Part shown: in pieces, positions 1-10,526 of the stretch
Layout: every line of letters starts with the position of its first letter
Numbering within the stretch: the first letter of the stretch is position 1
Assembly (NCBI GenBank): GCA_018400535.1
Contig: JAGYMQ010000145.1
Coordinates: 10,864-74,863 of the forward strand
Source of the DNA: Candidatus Cloacimonadota bacterium
GTDB lineage: Bacteria; Cloacimonadota; Cloacimonadia; Cloacimonadales; TCS61
DNA: 64,000 nt
Direction of reading: 5' to 3'
Notes under the pieces: model-generated
Seen by the model: only the letters and a program-made list of their open reading frames with translations
What the model was told of the DNA's origin: nothing
Databases searched by the model: none
Translations under genes and position numbers: made by a program

Positions 1-312
1 TGCGTAAGCAAGGCTTTTTGCAAAAGAAACTCCCACCAGCAAAGCTCCGATGAGACCAGGATTGATCGAAACTGCAACTGCATCAATTTCAGATAACGAG
101 ACTTTTGCTTTGTCCAGAGCTTGTTGAGTGACGAACATAATATTTTTCAAATGCATGCGTGAAGCAAGTTCAGGAACGACTCCGCCGAAATCAGCGTGTT
201 GAGTTTGCGAAGATATGATATTGGAAAATACTTTGTAATCGGTATTTATCACGGCAGCGGAAGTGTCATCGCAGGAAGTTTCGAGCGCAAGTATCAAAAG
301 TTCTTTTTTCAT
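1..312 (-). CDS. tsaD: tRNA N6-adenosine threonylcarbamoyltransferase TsaD, N-terminal part (gene runs off the window start)
   Basis: Own translation of the minus strand from ATG 312-310 gives MKKELLILALETSCDDTSAAVINTD...HADFGGVVPELASRMH...INPGLIGALLVGVSFAKSLA, the Kae1/TsaD N-terminal signature. The start overlaps the stop of the upstream ORF (ATGA). Confidence 0.85.
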   Translation of the reverse strand, partial: MKKELLILALETSCDDTSAAVINTDYKVFSNIISSQTQHADFGGVVPELASRMHLKNIMFVTQQALDKAKVSLSEIDAVAVSINPGLIGALLVGVSFAKSLAYA

Positions 313-1196
313 TGATTCTGAATAACTTTGATTCTTTTAGGTGTGTATTCGATCAATTCGAGTCCTGATGGTAATTGAAAATTTACTGTAGTGAAATCAT
401 TGCGTATGTTTGTCAGATCCAGATTTGCTTCGATAGAATTTCTATTCAACTTTTGCACGATATCTTCTGGTCCTTTGATCATCAGAGAAATTTTGGGTGG
501 GATGATCGTGATATTTTTTTCTTCAGGAAATTTAATTGGGATCAAAGAGATATTTTTTGTGACAAGGCGTTTCTGCATGATCTCATACGAAATTTTGTCA
601 GAACTTAAATTTATTTGTGGATCAGGAGCAATCAGACGGACATTCAATTTTCCGTCGTTGACCATATCTTTGTTAATTTTTTCTGTATAAATTTGATCAA
701 TCTGTTGCATTTTTCTGGAGGGACCTTCGATTTCAACGGTTTTCTTATCATTGATGATTTTATTTTTCAGGAAGAATTCACGATCTTCTTTGGATTCAAA
801 TTGAATTTTGATAGATTTATAGCGTTTGATCGTTTTATCGATAAAAACAGAAAGATTGGAATTTGTTTCCAAAATATCAAATTCCAGATGAATATTTTTG
901 GGGTATTTGATCTGTTTTTTGGATATCTGAAAATAATTATTTCCAAATTCAAATTGGGAAGCATCTACTTCCAAAAAAATATTTGAAAGATTCAATCGTA
1001 AAAATTCAAAACCAGTAGCAAGCAAAGATATTTCGACTTCTGGAAGCTCATCACTGATTATCAGGTCGGAAGGAAGATCTACGAATTTCAGCGGAATATC
1101 CATTTGATGTTTATGATCTTTGAGCATAACCTGCTGCAGCCAGAGGATGAATGCAATTATTAAAACAAATATCTTGAGAAAGAAATTCTTTTTCAT
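309..1196 (-). CDS. membrane-anchored protein with YbbR/CdaR-like repeated beta-rich modules (tentative)
   Basis: 295-aa ORF with an N-terminal TM helix (FFLKIFVLIIAFILWL). It is followed by repeated modules of about 85 aa with V-x-V/I-x-G...P patterns resembling YbbR domains. Similarity was judged by eye only. Confidence 0.45.
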   Translation of the reverse strand: MKKNFFLKIFVLIIAFILWLQQVMLKDHKHQMDIPLKFVDLPSDLIISDELPEVEISLLATGFEFLRLNLSNIFLEVDASQFEFGNNYFQISKKQIKYPKNIHLEFDILETNSNLSVFIDKTIKRYKSIKIQFESKEDREFFLKNKIINDKKTVEIEGPSRKMQQIDQIYTEKINKDMVNDGKLNVRLIAPDPQINLSSDKISYEIMQKRLVTKNISLIPIKFPEEKNITIIPPKISLMIKGPEDIVQKLNRNSIEANLDLTNIRNDFTTVNFQLPSGLELIEYTPKRIKVIQNQ

Positions 1197-1206
1197 TTTG
1201 AAAACA

Positions 1207-2028
1207 TCATCTTCGTTTAATGATGTTATGCAATTTGTTTCCCATCTCCGCTACTTTATTGTTTGGATCTCTTTTCCAATCTTCGATAGTTTGTTCAGTT
1301 AGCATTACCAATTCATGAGATTGATCTCTTTTACTTCGTTGCACGACGATGTTTGACAATTTTTTCATAGAAACCCAGATCGTTTTGATCCTCTGATCAT
1401 TTGCATCCAACAGCCATTCATGAACGTAGGGAAAGACGAGGATTGGATTCACTCTGACGACTTGCGTCAAAATATGTGTAATCTTTTTTTGGACTTCGAC
1501 CGATTTATCGTCGATTGCTTTTGAAATGAATTCCATAATGTAATTTGTGTCCAGACGAGCGATATTATCCATTCCGTGGAAAGCAAGAGCGCGTTTCTTT
1601 TCATCTTCATCTTCGATCCAGACCAACATTTTCTCTTTCATTCGATCTGGATGATGTTTCCACATTTCGTTGATAATCGTTTCAACTTCCCAGGGCACGC
1701 TATCATAGGTTTTTTCCAGAATGGCGAAAATTTTTTCCAAATGTTTCTCATCCATTTTGTAAAAGAAAAATAGTGCTGTCGCTCGAACGCCGTAAAACTT
1801 ATGTTCCAGCATTTTGGTGGCGATTTTTTCCATAAGTTCAGGATAGGAAGTTTTCGCCATTTTCGTTCCAAAATATTCTCTGATGAAATAGTTTGGCGTT
1901 TTCGTGATTTCCAAAATTTTCTTTTCTGCTTTTCTAGTATGTTTCTTCTTCAGCATTTCTTCAATTTCTGCCAAACTCTTATTCAGATTTTTCTTATCCT
2001 CTGCATCTAATCTTCCGATTTCATTCAA
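1207..2028 (-). CDS. hypothetical helical-repeat protein (possibly HEAT-like / DNA-alkylation-repair-like)
   Basis: 273-aa ORF with GGAG 7 nt upstream of the ATG. The sequence is helical and repeat-like, with conserved W/R spacing reminiscent of AlkD-type HEAT-like repeats. The functional call is weak. Confidence 0.4.
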   Translation of the reverse strand: MNEIGRLDAEDKKNLNKSLAEIEEMLKKKHTRKAEKKILEITKTPNYFIREYFGTKMAKTSYPELMEKIATKMLEHKFYGVRATALFFFYKMDEKHLEKIFAILEKTYDSVPWEVETIINEMWKHHPDRMKEKMLVWIEDEDEKKRALAFHGMDNIARLDTNYIMEFISKAIDDKSVEVQKKITHILTQVVRVNPILVFPYVHEWLLDANDQRIKTIWVSMKKLSNIVVQRSKRDQSHELVMLTEQTIEDWKRDPNNKVAEMGNKLHNIIKRR

Positions 2029-2308
2029 AATTTACTCCTTCAATTTTAGTTGAAATTAATTTAGTTTTAACTGAACTTTTTAAAATGTGTTTATTATTTT
2101 CTTCAAAAGTTGCAATTTTAGTATTAAATGAATTTAATGAGAGCCTATTATCAGTCAAACAAAATTTACAACTTTATCAAAATATTTTATCTGAACATAA
2201 ATTTTGGTAAATTTTTGTTGATCTTAATTTATGGTAGCTCAAATAATTTTCTTGAAAGTCTTTTTTTTTCTTTATTTTCATCTCAAAAAAATTTAATGAT
2301 TCATGAAA

Positions 2309-3976
2309 CTAAAATTTTGTCTTTTGCAATTCTCGTTGTAATTCCTGACTGATCGGACTGTTATCGTCTCTTCGCCAGCGGTCGTCGATCCTGGCTTTGA
2401 CCGGTGAATGCGTTTTGATATATTTAACGATAACCTCGCGCAGGTCAGTGCCATATCTGGTGATCTTTTCTTCTGGGATTTTTGTTAGCATCACCAGACC
2501 AGCATTTCCTTGCAAGAGAAAATCTGTTGTAGTGATCTTATAAATCTTATCAGCTTGCCATGGCTCGCCACCGATAGTTAATCTGGAAATCCGGTTGTAA
2601 TCTTTGCGTTCACGATTAACCAAAACCTTGACGCCAGCTACTCGCAAGCCGTGTCTTGATCCAGAAACGCGCATTTCGATAATATCTTTGAGGAACTTTC
2701 CATACACTTCGAACATCACGATTTCATTATCAAAAGGCATCACTTCGAAAACGTCGCGGCGTGTGATCGGTCCTTTCGCCAGATCGTCTCGCACTCCACC
2801 CAGGTTCAGAAAAGAGAAATCTGCTTCAGTGTATTCCAGCATTGCTTCACAGATCAGATTACCTATCAAATTTTGTGGTCCAGAACCACTTCGAGAAATA
2901 TGAATTGCTGCTTCGCCAATAATTTCGTCCAAACCTTCTTCTGCGATTTTCTGCATTGCCAAGATCGTGTCAGCAATTTCTGGTTGTGGGATGAGCTCAT
3001 CTTCAAACAAAGTAACCAGAACCCCTTCGCGGATCGCTGGTTTTTCATAGCCAGAAATTGTTTTTGTTTCCTTATCAATTTTTAAAATAATGTGACCAAT
3101 ATTGCTTCCCATCGCATAACCTTGGACGACGAGAGTGTGAGTGATTGGATCTTCCCAGGGATCTGCAAAACCTTTATGAATGTGTCCGGCAATAAAAAGA
3201 TCGATGTCTTCTACTTCATGAGCGAGTTCTTGCGCGTCATATCCCCAGCGCCGTTCTTCTTTTTGCTTATTTTCGGATTTATAACGTCTGTCATAAGCTG
3301 GTTGTGGGTCGTAGGGAATTCCCATATGACCGACAACAATGATGATATCCACCTGATCTTTGATTTTTTTTACATATTTTTCCAAAGCAGGTTTTGCTGG
3401 TAAAAAATCAACGTTTTTAACATTTTCGGGGAAGCTCATACTTTTTGTATCAGTCGTTGTAACGCCAATAATTCCGAATTTCACACCCATTTTTTCTTTT
3501 ATGATGTAAGGTTGAACATAATCGACCAATTCGCCAGTTTCAATATTCACGATATTACAGGAAAGAATTGGGAATTCGGCCAGTTTGTAAGTTTCGATCA
3601 ATTCTTCTTCGGAAATGTCATATTCGTGATTTCCTACAACAGAAAGGTCGTAATCTACCATATTAAAATATTTGATGACTGCTTTTCCTTTGCTATTTGT
3701 ACCGACTGGATGACCTTGAAAAAAATCACCAGCATCGAGTAGGAAATTGTCGCGAGTTTTTTTGTTCGTTTTTTCTCGCACAAATTTGATATAGCTAGCA
3801 GCACTGCCACCGCCACCCAGCATTGGAGGAAAATCTGGATTCATGAAAGTTGCTTCATAACGATCTATGCCACCATGAATATCATTTGTAAACAGTACGT
3901 CCAGAAGCAGATCCTCAGCATAAAGTGAGGTTGCAAAGATTACGAGTATAATTAGCAGTAAAATTTTTTGATACAT
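2309..3976 (-). CDS. secreted bifunctional metallophosphatase / 5'-nucleotidase (UshA-like)
   Basis: Signal peptide present. Calcineurin-like metallophosphoesterase motifs are TNDIHGG, LLDAGDFFQG, VGNHEYD, VVGHMG and IAGHIH. A 5'-nucleotidase C-terminal substrate-binding region follows. Confidence 0.85.
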   Translation of the reverse strand: MYQKILLLIILVIFATSLYAEDLLLDVLFTNDIHGGIDRYEATFMNPDFPPMLGGGGSAASYIKFVREKTNKKTRDNFLLDAGDFFQGHPVGTNSKGKAVIKYFNMVDYDLSVVGNHEYDISEEELIETYKLAEFPILSCNIVNIETGELVDYVQPYIIKEKMGVKFGIIGVTTTDTKSMSFPENVKNVDFLPAKPALEKYVKKIKDQVDIIIVVGHMGIPYDPQPAYDRRYKSENKQKEERRWGYDAQELAHEVEDIDLFIAGHIHKGFADPWEDPITHTLVVQGYAMGSNIGHIILKIDKETKTISGYEKPAIREGVLVTLFEDELIPQPEIADTILAMQKIAEEGLDEIIGEAAIHISRSGSGPQNLIGNLICEAMLEYTEADFSFLNLGGVRDDLAKGPITRRDVFEVMPFDNEIVMFEVYGKFLKDIIEMRVSGSRHGLRVAGVKVLVNRERKDYNRISRLTIGGEPWQADKIYKITTTDFLLQGNAGLVMLTKIPEEKITRYGTDLREVIVKYIKTHSPVKARIDDRWRRDDNSPISQELQRELQKTKF

Positions 3977-3983
3977 AGTTTTC

Positions 3984-5387
3984 CTACCATCTATAACTTA
4001 TTGAAGTTTTGAGTTTTAACAATGATTCTTTCACCATATCAGGATTTTCCCAGCCCCGATCTGAAAAATTCAGATACTGTGGGTTTTCCCAGAGATCATC
4101 ATAATCATAGTAGCTGTCTGGAAAAAGATCAAGCGCTTCATATTTACGATTTGTATATTCCAGAGAGATGTCACACACAAAATTTTCTAAGAAAGAAAAT
4201 CCTGTTCCTGCGCTGAATGTGGGCATAAATATCTTATTTGCATAATTCTTATTATCATCTGAACGAATCGCAAATTTTGTTTGATGGCTGAAACCAAAGC
4301 GTAGAGGAATGGAGTTTTCCAGCTTGTGTTCCACACCAAGATAAAAGTTATAAACATCGTCAAAAAGTGGGTTCATATCAGACCAGGAGACGTATTCCAG
4401 ATCGAGGGCGAAATTGGTTCGCATGATATTGCGGGGTGCATAATTTATTCCACTGCGGATTTTCATCGGAATCGTATAATCTGCGTAAGTAAGTGAATCG
4501 ACGATATCATAACCTTCAAGCGCATTTGTCGAATCATTATAGATCGGATAATATTCTGTTGCAAGATAAGTTGCTTCAGCAACATCCAACGTATCGATCT
4601 TTCCTGTAACGTCTAATTCTGTTTTTGGAGAAAAGGAAAAACCTAAATTCAATCTGGGTGAGATGGTTATATTCATTCCAGTTTGGAAGAGAAAGCCGTC
4701 GAAATCTCGTTCCAATTCATTTTCCTGATCTTGCAGATCGGGAATGATATCAAGCGAATGATCGCTCCAAACAACTTTTCTTTCCCAATCAGAATTTCCC
4801 TGCAATTTGGAAAGCTTGAAACCCAAACTGAAAATTTCATCGTATTGATAGGCAGCAAGGAAACTAAGCGCATCAATACTTCCGCTTCCTTCGATGAGAT
4901 TTTTTGCTAGAATAGGCGGATAATTATCGTAATCAGAATTTGCATTATTTCTGACTTCTTCATCATAGTTGGAAGTGAAATCGATGAAAGTATGATAGAG
5001 AAATGCGAGTGAAAATTTATTTTCCATGAGGCGTAGATTTCCAAAAACACCACCGGCAAAATTATCAAAAAGATTAGTATTGTTGGCGTAGGTCGCATCA
5101 TCAGCGTAAGCATCAAAGGAATTATACATTGGCAATGTGCGATTTTCAGAAATAAAAATAAAATTTCCTGTCAGTTGTGTTCCAAATATTCCTTTCAACA
5201 AGCTTAGATTTGCTGGATTTTGTCTGACCGCGAGCAGATTTGCCGCTTCAGCAGTTGAAGCAGATCCCATTGCAACCGAGCGTGCATCAAGATTTCCAAC
5301 AAAATTTCCCTCGATCTTTTCCAGAATTGAGTACGAATTTAAGGTTACAGTTAATATCAGCATTATCGTGATAATTATATATTTCAT
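3984..5387 (-). CDS. putative outer-membrane beta-barrel protein
   Basis: 467-aa ORF with a signal peptide. It shows alternating hydrophobic/polar beta-strand patterning rich in Y/F/N/D/S and a C-terminal ...SISYRW aromatic terminus typical of OM barrels. Confidence 0.55.
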   Translation of the reverse strand: MKYIIITIMLILTVTLNSYSILEKIEGNFVGNLDARSVAMGSASTAEAANLLAVRQNPANLSLLKGIFGTQLTGNFIFISENRTLPMYNSFDAYADDATYANNTNLFDNFAGGVFGNLRLMENKFSLAFLYHTFIDFTSNYDEEVRNNANSDYDNYPPILAKNLIEGSGSIDALSFLAAYQYDEIFSLGFKLSKLQGNSDWERKVVWSDHSLDIIPDLQDQENELERDFDGFLFQTGMNITISPRLNLGFSFSPKTELDVTGKIDTLDVAEATYLATEYYPIYNDSTNALEGYDIVDSLTYADYTIPMKIRSGINYAPRNIMRTNFALDLEYVSWSDMNPLFDDVYNFYLGVEHKLENSIPLRFGFSHQTKFAIRSDDNKNYANKIFMPTFSAGTGFSFLENFVCDISLEYTNRKYEALDLFPDSYYDYDDLWENPQYLNFSDRGWENPDMVKESLLKLKTSISYRW

Positions 5388-5402
5388 TTATCCTCCAAAA
5401 AA

Positions 5403-7991
5403 TTAAAATTTCCAATCTAATTGCAATCTGATGCTGTTTTCAGATTTTTGCACATTTCTAAAATAAGCTGTTACTGTTTCATTGTATTCGCGGAATTCTA
5501 TTTCCCGAGTTTTGAATTGTTTATATTTATATTTTAAAGACAAGAAAAGATTGTTGGAAATGCGGCTGTGAATATTGAACCAAGTTTTGTATCCTTTATC
5601 ACTTTGGTCAAAATCAAGTTCCACATCTTCATAATCCCAAAATGAAGCTCCGTAGGCATTCCAGAAGGAAAACGCACCGATCACTTTCAGATTCTCATTG
5701 AAATTGTGTGTGTAATCCACATAGATCATATCACCGTCTGTGAGCGTGCTTGCTTGCGCCATATCAGGTCCATTTACTTGAGCTGGATCGGAAAGAATGC
5801 TGAGATAAGGTGGCTGCCAGACTCGAGTATAAACGTATCCCAGCTGGATGCGATCAAAATTTGAAAGGTAGGTAATGATCTTTAATTCCGATTCGTCAGC
5901 TTGCGATTTACCACGATCAAGATCGTCATCATAACGTTTTATCTGCTGTTTATGACGCAATCTAAAACGTAATTGATGAAGTGGTTTGAATTCTATTTTT
6001 CCTTGAAAACGAATTCCTCGACGTGCGTCAGATTTTCGTTCCCAAATATCTAAATATGCTTGTGTCAATGTTAGCATTCGATGAAACTGATATCTCGTTT
6101 CAAAATAGAAACCACGTTCAGCAGACGGTTGAGCAGAATTCAGATAGAGATCATTCAAGAGAGTATTATTCAAGCCATAAACCATTTTTTCAAAAACGGT
6201 ATCATCATATCTTTCGCTTTCTGAAAAACTGCGTTGATAGGGATTATCGAAATCAAGGTCATAATCGCGATACATTGAAAGGAGATAGAGATTTTCAAAT
6301 TGAGTGTAGCTGCTGATCAACAAAGCAGAAGGGTCATCTCCAATTTTTTGAAATTTTCCATCAACTTCCATTTCGGCATATTCACCTTGAAAAGTTGTAT
6401 TATTGATCACAGTTCGCCAATCAAAGCCAAAGACACGACGATAATTGCGGTCGTAAAGTGTATCTTGTTTTGTCGAATAGAGCGCATTTACCTCATTATC
6501 TGTGATCTTCCATTTTTCATCAGCGGTTTCAATGTCTGGTATCAGAAGGTATTTCAGCTCGTCTTCTTCAGGAACGATGAAATCTCTATCATAAATTGCT
6601 TCGTAGCCGGTCATTCCGAGATGTGTTCCAATGAACGGAGAATATTCTAAATGTCCGCCGAGGATCTGTTCATCCAAAGCATCGATCCGCGGGGCGATCA
6701 AAATTTGATTATTATTGCCAGGATAGTCATTGAAATAATTTTCCGCATCCATCAATTCGTCATTAGAAAAACGGTTTGTTAATGTAATGTAGGATAAAAC
6801 GGCGTCATCTTCATCAATTTCACCATTATTATTGCTGTCATAGACGACTGCATCTTTTTTATCTTTGGAAAAGAAGAATGCTGCGTTCATATTGTGGCGT
6901 TTCCAATCAAGGGCAAAACCTTTGAGAGCATATTCTTCGGTGCGAGAAGCATCTTCGATGATGCCTAAAATTCTTTTATCAAAGCCGAATCCAGTTTTGC
7001 GGGGACTGAAATAATCGCTGTTTTCCATAACCAGACCTTCGCCGAAAGTGGCGCGATAATTTCCTACAAAAGCTTTGATATAATTTCTTCCATCAAATTC
7101 AAATTCTCTTTGATAGCCAAGATAAAATTTACTATTATCAAAAAGTTTTTCTGTTTCAATATTGCTGATATTTTCATTGGATTTGTGGGAATTGAACATT
7201 ATTCCAGCTTTCCATTCGTTCATATAGCGCATCCGGATTTTATGCATCACGGAAGCTCTATGGAAATCCATATCCAATATTCCCCAATAAGTTTGATCTT
7301 TTTCTGCTGGTGGATCTCCTTCGTAACCTCGTAACATACTTTCCTGATACATTTCTTTCTGATCGTCATCGTAGGGACTGTCTTCATATTTGAGCTGATA
7401 ATCGAAAAATATTTTGTTGGAAATTGGTGGTTGTTGATAATGGATAAAATTACCAAGATTCTTTGCTCCATAATAGGAAATTCCCGGTGTGAAGCGCAGG
7501 TCACGATAATTTGCGATCGTATCTCCGTTTGCTCTTCTTTTTAAAATAGCTGTGGCATCGATAGCAGAAACGTTTGGGAAGCTGATCAATTCAGAAAAAG
7601 AGAGTTTATTAACGTTGCGAGGTGACATCAGGAAATCTTCCCAGACATCACTCATTCCTTCCTGTAAACCTTCATTTGTTCCCAATCGCTCCAATTGATA
7701 ATACACCTCATCACGACGAGCTGCTGCTTCGTCTTGTTCTTCGTAGTGAGAAACCATAACGAGTGGTTTCAGTCTATTGAGCGTGCGTTGATTGATCGAT
7801 TTGATATTTCTCAAATCATAGATGCTCTCGAAGAATTTGATGTGGAAACGATAATCATAAATATCTTCTATCTGTTTTTCTGAAAGTGGTAATTTCTTCA
7901 GCTCAGCAAGATCGGCAGAATTAAGATCGATCCTCTCTGCCCATAAAAGGACAATGCTCAAGAACGAAATTATAAAAATTATTTTTTTCAT
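5403..7991 (-). CDS. large outer-membrane protein with N-terminal ComEA-like helix-hairpin-helix modules
   Basis: Signal peptide present. Two HhH-like segments are seen (IDLNSADLAELKKLPLSEKQIEDIYDYR and LSFSELISFPNVSAIDATAILKRR). These are followed by about 650 aa of beta-strand-like sequence ending in ...LQLDWKF. Confidence 0.5.
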   Translation of the reverse strand: MKKIIFIISFLSIVLLWAERIDLNSADLAELKKLPLSEKQIEDIYDYRFHIKFFESIYDLRNIKSINQRTLNRLKPLVMVSHYEEQDEAAARRDEVYYQLERLGTNEGLQEGMSDVWEDFLMSPRNVNKLSFSELISFPNVSAIDATAILKRRANGDTIANYRDLRFTPGISYYGAKNLGNFIHYQQPPISNKIFFDYQLKYEDSPYDDDQKEMYQESMLRGYEGDPPAEKDQTYWGILDMDFHRASVMHKIRMRYMNEWKAGIMFNSHKSNENISNIETEKLFDNSKFYLGYQREFEFDGRNYIKAFVGNYRATFGEGLVMENSDYFSPRKTGFGFDKRILGIIEDASRTEEYALKGFALDWKRHNMNAAFFFSKDKKDAVVYDSNNNGEIDEDDAVLSYITLTNRFSNDELMDAENYFNDYPGNNNQILIAPRIDALDEQILGGHLEYSPFIGTHLGMTGYEAIYDRDFIVPEEDELKYLLIPDIETADEKWKITDNEVNALYSTKQDTLYDRNYRRVFGFDWRTVINNTTFQGEYAEMEVDGKFQKIGDDPSALLISSYTQFENLYLLSMYRDYDLDFDNPYQRSFSESERYDDTVFEKMVYGLNNTLLNDLYLNSAQPSAERGFYFETRYQFHRMLTLTQAYLDIWERKSDARRGIRFQGKIEFKPLHQLRFRLRHKQQIKRYDDDLDRGKSQADESELKIITYLSNFDRIQLGYVYTRVWQPPYLSILSDPAQVNGPDMAQASTLTDGDMIYVDYTHNFNENLKVIGAFSFWNAYGASFWDYEDVELDFDQSDKGYKTWFNIHSRISNNLFLSLKYKYKQFKTREIEFREYNETVTAYFRNVQKSENSIRLQLDWKF

Positions 7992-8125
7992 ATAAATCCT
8001 CTTTTTTCAAACAAGTTTATAAATTTTTGCACGGGCTCTTTGTAAAGAAATTTTTATCAATGATTGAAAATCGTACTTTTCTGAAAAAAGTCGCTTATTG
8101 TTTATTTCTAAACAATTTTCCATGA

Positions 8126-9226
8126 TCATCTTTTCAGGAGCAGCGCAACTTTTTCAGCGATCGCAAGGCAGCAGGTCAATCCTGGTGATTCAATTCCGAT
8201 CAGATTGATGAAATTGGGAAAGCCTTTTGTACTTTCTTCTTTGATATAAAAATCGCGAAAATCATCGTTCGGGCCTTGTAATTTTGGGCGAATTCCGCAG
8301 TCATCGAGATGAAGATGATCTTTTTCGATCGTGATGTAACGCTGGATAGCTTGCAGGAAATCTTTTTTATTAGTTTCATCCATTTTATAATCCAGTTCGT
8401 CAATATAATAGGCATTGGGACCAAATCTCACTTCGCCATTGAGATTGATCGTCAGATGAATTCCCAGAGAAATTCCCTTCGGATCAGGAAGCGGATAGAT
8501 CAACCGTTTCACGCCGCTGATGTGATTATCTTTGTAATATTCACCTTTGCACCAGTGCAATTTCAGATTTGCTTTTTGGATGTCAATGCCGACCATTTTT
8601 GCTATCTCATCAGAAAAGAGACCAGTACTGTTTATAACAGCTTGAGCTTGAAATATTTCTCCGTTGGAAAACTGCACAATGTAGGAATCATCTTTCTTTT
8701 CGATCTTGGTAACTTCCATTTTATAAACGATAAAAGCATCATTTTCTTCTGCCTTTTCGGCTAGCATTCTCATCAGTCCATGAGTATCTATGATACCAGT
8801 TTTTTTCACTTCTAAAGCTTTGATAGCATGGATCTGCGGTTCCATTTCACGGATTTCTTCCTTTTCGACAATGCGCATATTTTTCACGCCATTAAGCTCG
8901 CCATTTTGTTGTAATTTTTCTAATTCTGGAATTTCTTCTGTTGAAGTCGCCACGATAAATTTCCCGCATTGTTCGTGTTTGACATTATTTTCTCGGGCAA
9001 AATCGTAGAGCAGATCTGCACCACGCACGCAAAGTTTTGCCTTCAGAGTATTTTGCGGATAATAAATTCCGGAATGGATAACTTCGCTATTGCGGCTGCT
9101 CGTGTGTCGGCCAAAGGATTCTTCCCTTTCCACTACAACCACGTCATCGAATTTTTCGCTCAATTTTTTTGCGATAGAAAGACCGACGACTCCTGCTCCG
9201 ATGATCAAAATCTCCACTTTTTCCAC
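8126..9226 (-). CDS. FAD-dependent oxidoreductase (DAO family; L-2-hydroxyglutarate oxidase / glycerol-3-P dehydrogenase-like)
   Basis: N-terminal Rossmann dinucleotide motif ILIIGAGVVGLSIAKKL...VVVVERE. Also RNSEVIHSGIYYP and a C-terminal GIESPGLT motif. Confidence 0.75.
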   Translation of the reverse strand: MEKVEILIIGAGVVGLSIAKKLSEKFDDVVVVEREESFGRHTSSRNSEVIHSGIYYPQNTLKAKLCVRGADLLYDFARENNVKHEQCGKFIVATSTEEIPELEKLQQNGELNGVKNMRIVEKEEIREMEPQIHAIKALEVKKTGIIDTHGLMRMLAEKAEENDAFIVYKMEVTKIEKKDDSYIVQFSNGEIFQAQAVINSTGLFSDEIAKMVGIDIQKANLKLHWCKGEYYKDNHISGVKRLIYPLPDPKGISLGIHLTINLNGEVRFGPNAYYIDELDYKMDETNKKDFLQAIQRYITIEKDHLHLDDCGIRPKLQGPNDDFRDFYIKEESTKGFPNFINLIGIESPGLTCCLAIAEKVALLLKR

Positions 9227-10053
9227 TATCTGATCTCCCGATTATCAATCAATCTTGTGCCGTCGATAAAGACAGCAAGTAAAACACGATCACCTTTTTG
9301 TAGATGATCTTGATGTTCCAGCGTGAATGGATTTACAGCTTCAATATAATCAATTTTACAGTTTGATCTTTCAATGATTTTAGTCATTGTGCGAATAATT
9401 TTATGGGAATCTCTGATGCCTTCATCAAACATTTCCTGAGCTTTTTGCAGGGAATGATAGAGACAGAGCGCATTTTTCCTATTTTGAGAAGAAAGAAATT
9501 TATTGCGAGAGCTCATAGCCAGACCATCTTTTTCACGAATGATCGGGCATCCGACTATCTCGGTCTTAAAATTCAGATCTTGTGCCATTTGCTTTAGCAC
9601 AACTAATTGTTGAAAATCTTTTTCTCCCATGAACATTTTTTCTGGCTCGATGATATTCAACAATTTTGAAACGATTGTTGTGACGCCTTGGAAGTGGGTG
9701 GGACGAGATTTTCCACAAAGAATTTGCGTGATCTTATCCACTTTGATCCAGGTTTTGAACCCGCGAGGATACATTTCTCTGTCATCAGGGAAAAAAATAG
9801 CGTCCACATTCAATTCTTGCAGCAGTTTTAAATCTCGGGTCAGATCACGTGGATAAGAAGCAAGATCTTCGTTCGGTGCAAATTGGGAAGGATTGACGTA
9901 GATGCTGACCACAACGTGTTCGGTCTCTTTTCTCGCTGTTTTCACCAGGCTGAGATGTCCAGCATGTAAATATCCCATAGTTGGGACAAAACCTATATTA
10001 TCCCAGTCTTGCAACCATTGCCTGATCTCACTGATCGTCTTGCAAAGTTCCAT
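9226..10053 (-). CDS. panC: pantoate--beta-alanine ligase
   Basis: GFVPTMGYLHAGHLSLV (HIGH-type motif), VVSIYVNPSQF, and C-terminal ...SSRN. Size is 275 aa. Confidence 0.93.
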   Translation of the reverse strand: MELCKTISEIRQWLQDWDNIGFVPTMGYLHAGHLSLVKTARKETEHVVVSIYVNPSQFAPNEDLASYPRDLTRDLKLLQELNVDAIFFPDDREMYPRGFKTWIKVDKITQILCGKSRPTHFQGVTTIVSKLLNIIEPEKMFMGEKDFQQLVVLKQMAQDLNFKTEIVGCPIIREKDGLAMSSRNKFLSSQNRKNALCLYHSLQKAQEMFDEGIRDSHKIIRTMTKIIERSNCKIDYIEAVNPFTLEHQDHLQKGDRVLLAVFIDGTRLIDNREIR

Positions 10054-10424
10054 TATTTTTCTATAAATCTCATATTCAAATCATCTTCGATGATGACGAT
10101 CTTCGGTTTGTGTTGTGATATTTCTGCTTCGGTCATTTGTCCATAATTTACGATGATAAGTTTATCATCCAAACTAACTAAACGTGCTGCAGCACCATTC
10201 ACTCCGATCATACCGCTCCCATATTCACCTTCTAGAATATAAGTGGCAAAGCGATTGCCGTTGCTGATGTTATAGACTTCTACCTTTTCCCAGACTTTCA
10301 TCCCGGATGCTTTTAATAATTTCTTATCTATCGTAATGCTGCCCACGTAGTTCAGATCTCGCATGGTGACATGTGCTCTGTGCAGTTTGGACAACAGCAT
10401 CGTCCGTGTCATTTTTTCCTCCAA
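10053..10424 (-). CDS. panD: aspartate 1-decarboxylase
   Basis: MLLSKLHRAHVTMRDLNYVGSITID includes the G-S self-cleavage site. Also EKVEVYNISNGNRFATYILEG. It is adjacent to and overlaps panC. Confidence 0.93.
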   Translation of the reverse strand: MEEKMTRTMLLSKLHRAHVTMRDLNYVGSITIDKKLLKASGMKVWEKVEVYNISNGNRFATYILEGEYGSGMIGVNGAAARLVSLDDKLIIVNYGQMTEAEISQHKPKIVIIEDDLNMRFIEK

Positions 10425-10526
10425 AATTTATTTTTTCACCGAATTTAAGTTACATATTTCAATATTTTTTTTTATGGATTTTCTTTTGTCAATTCTATTA
10501 TCCCACGAATTTTGTAAACACAAAAA

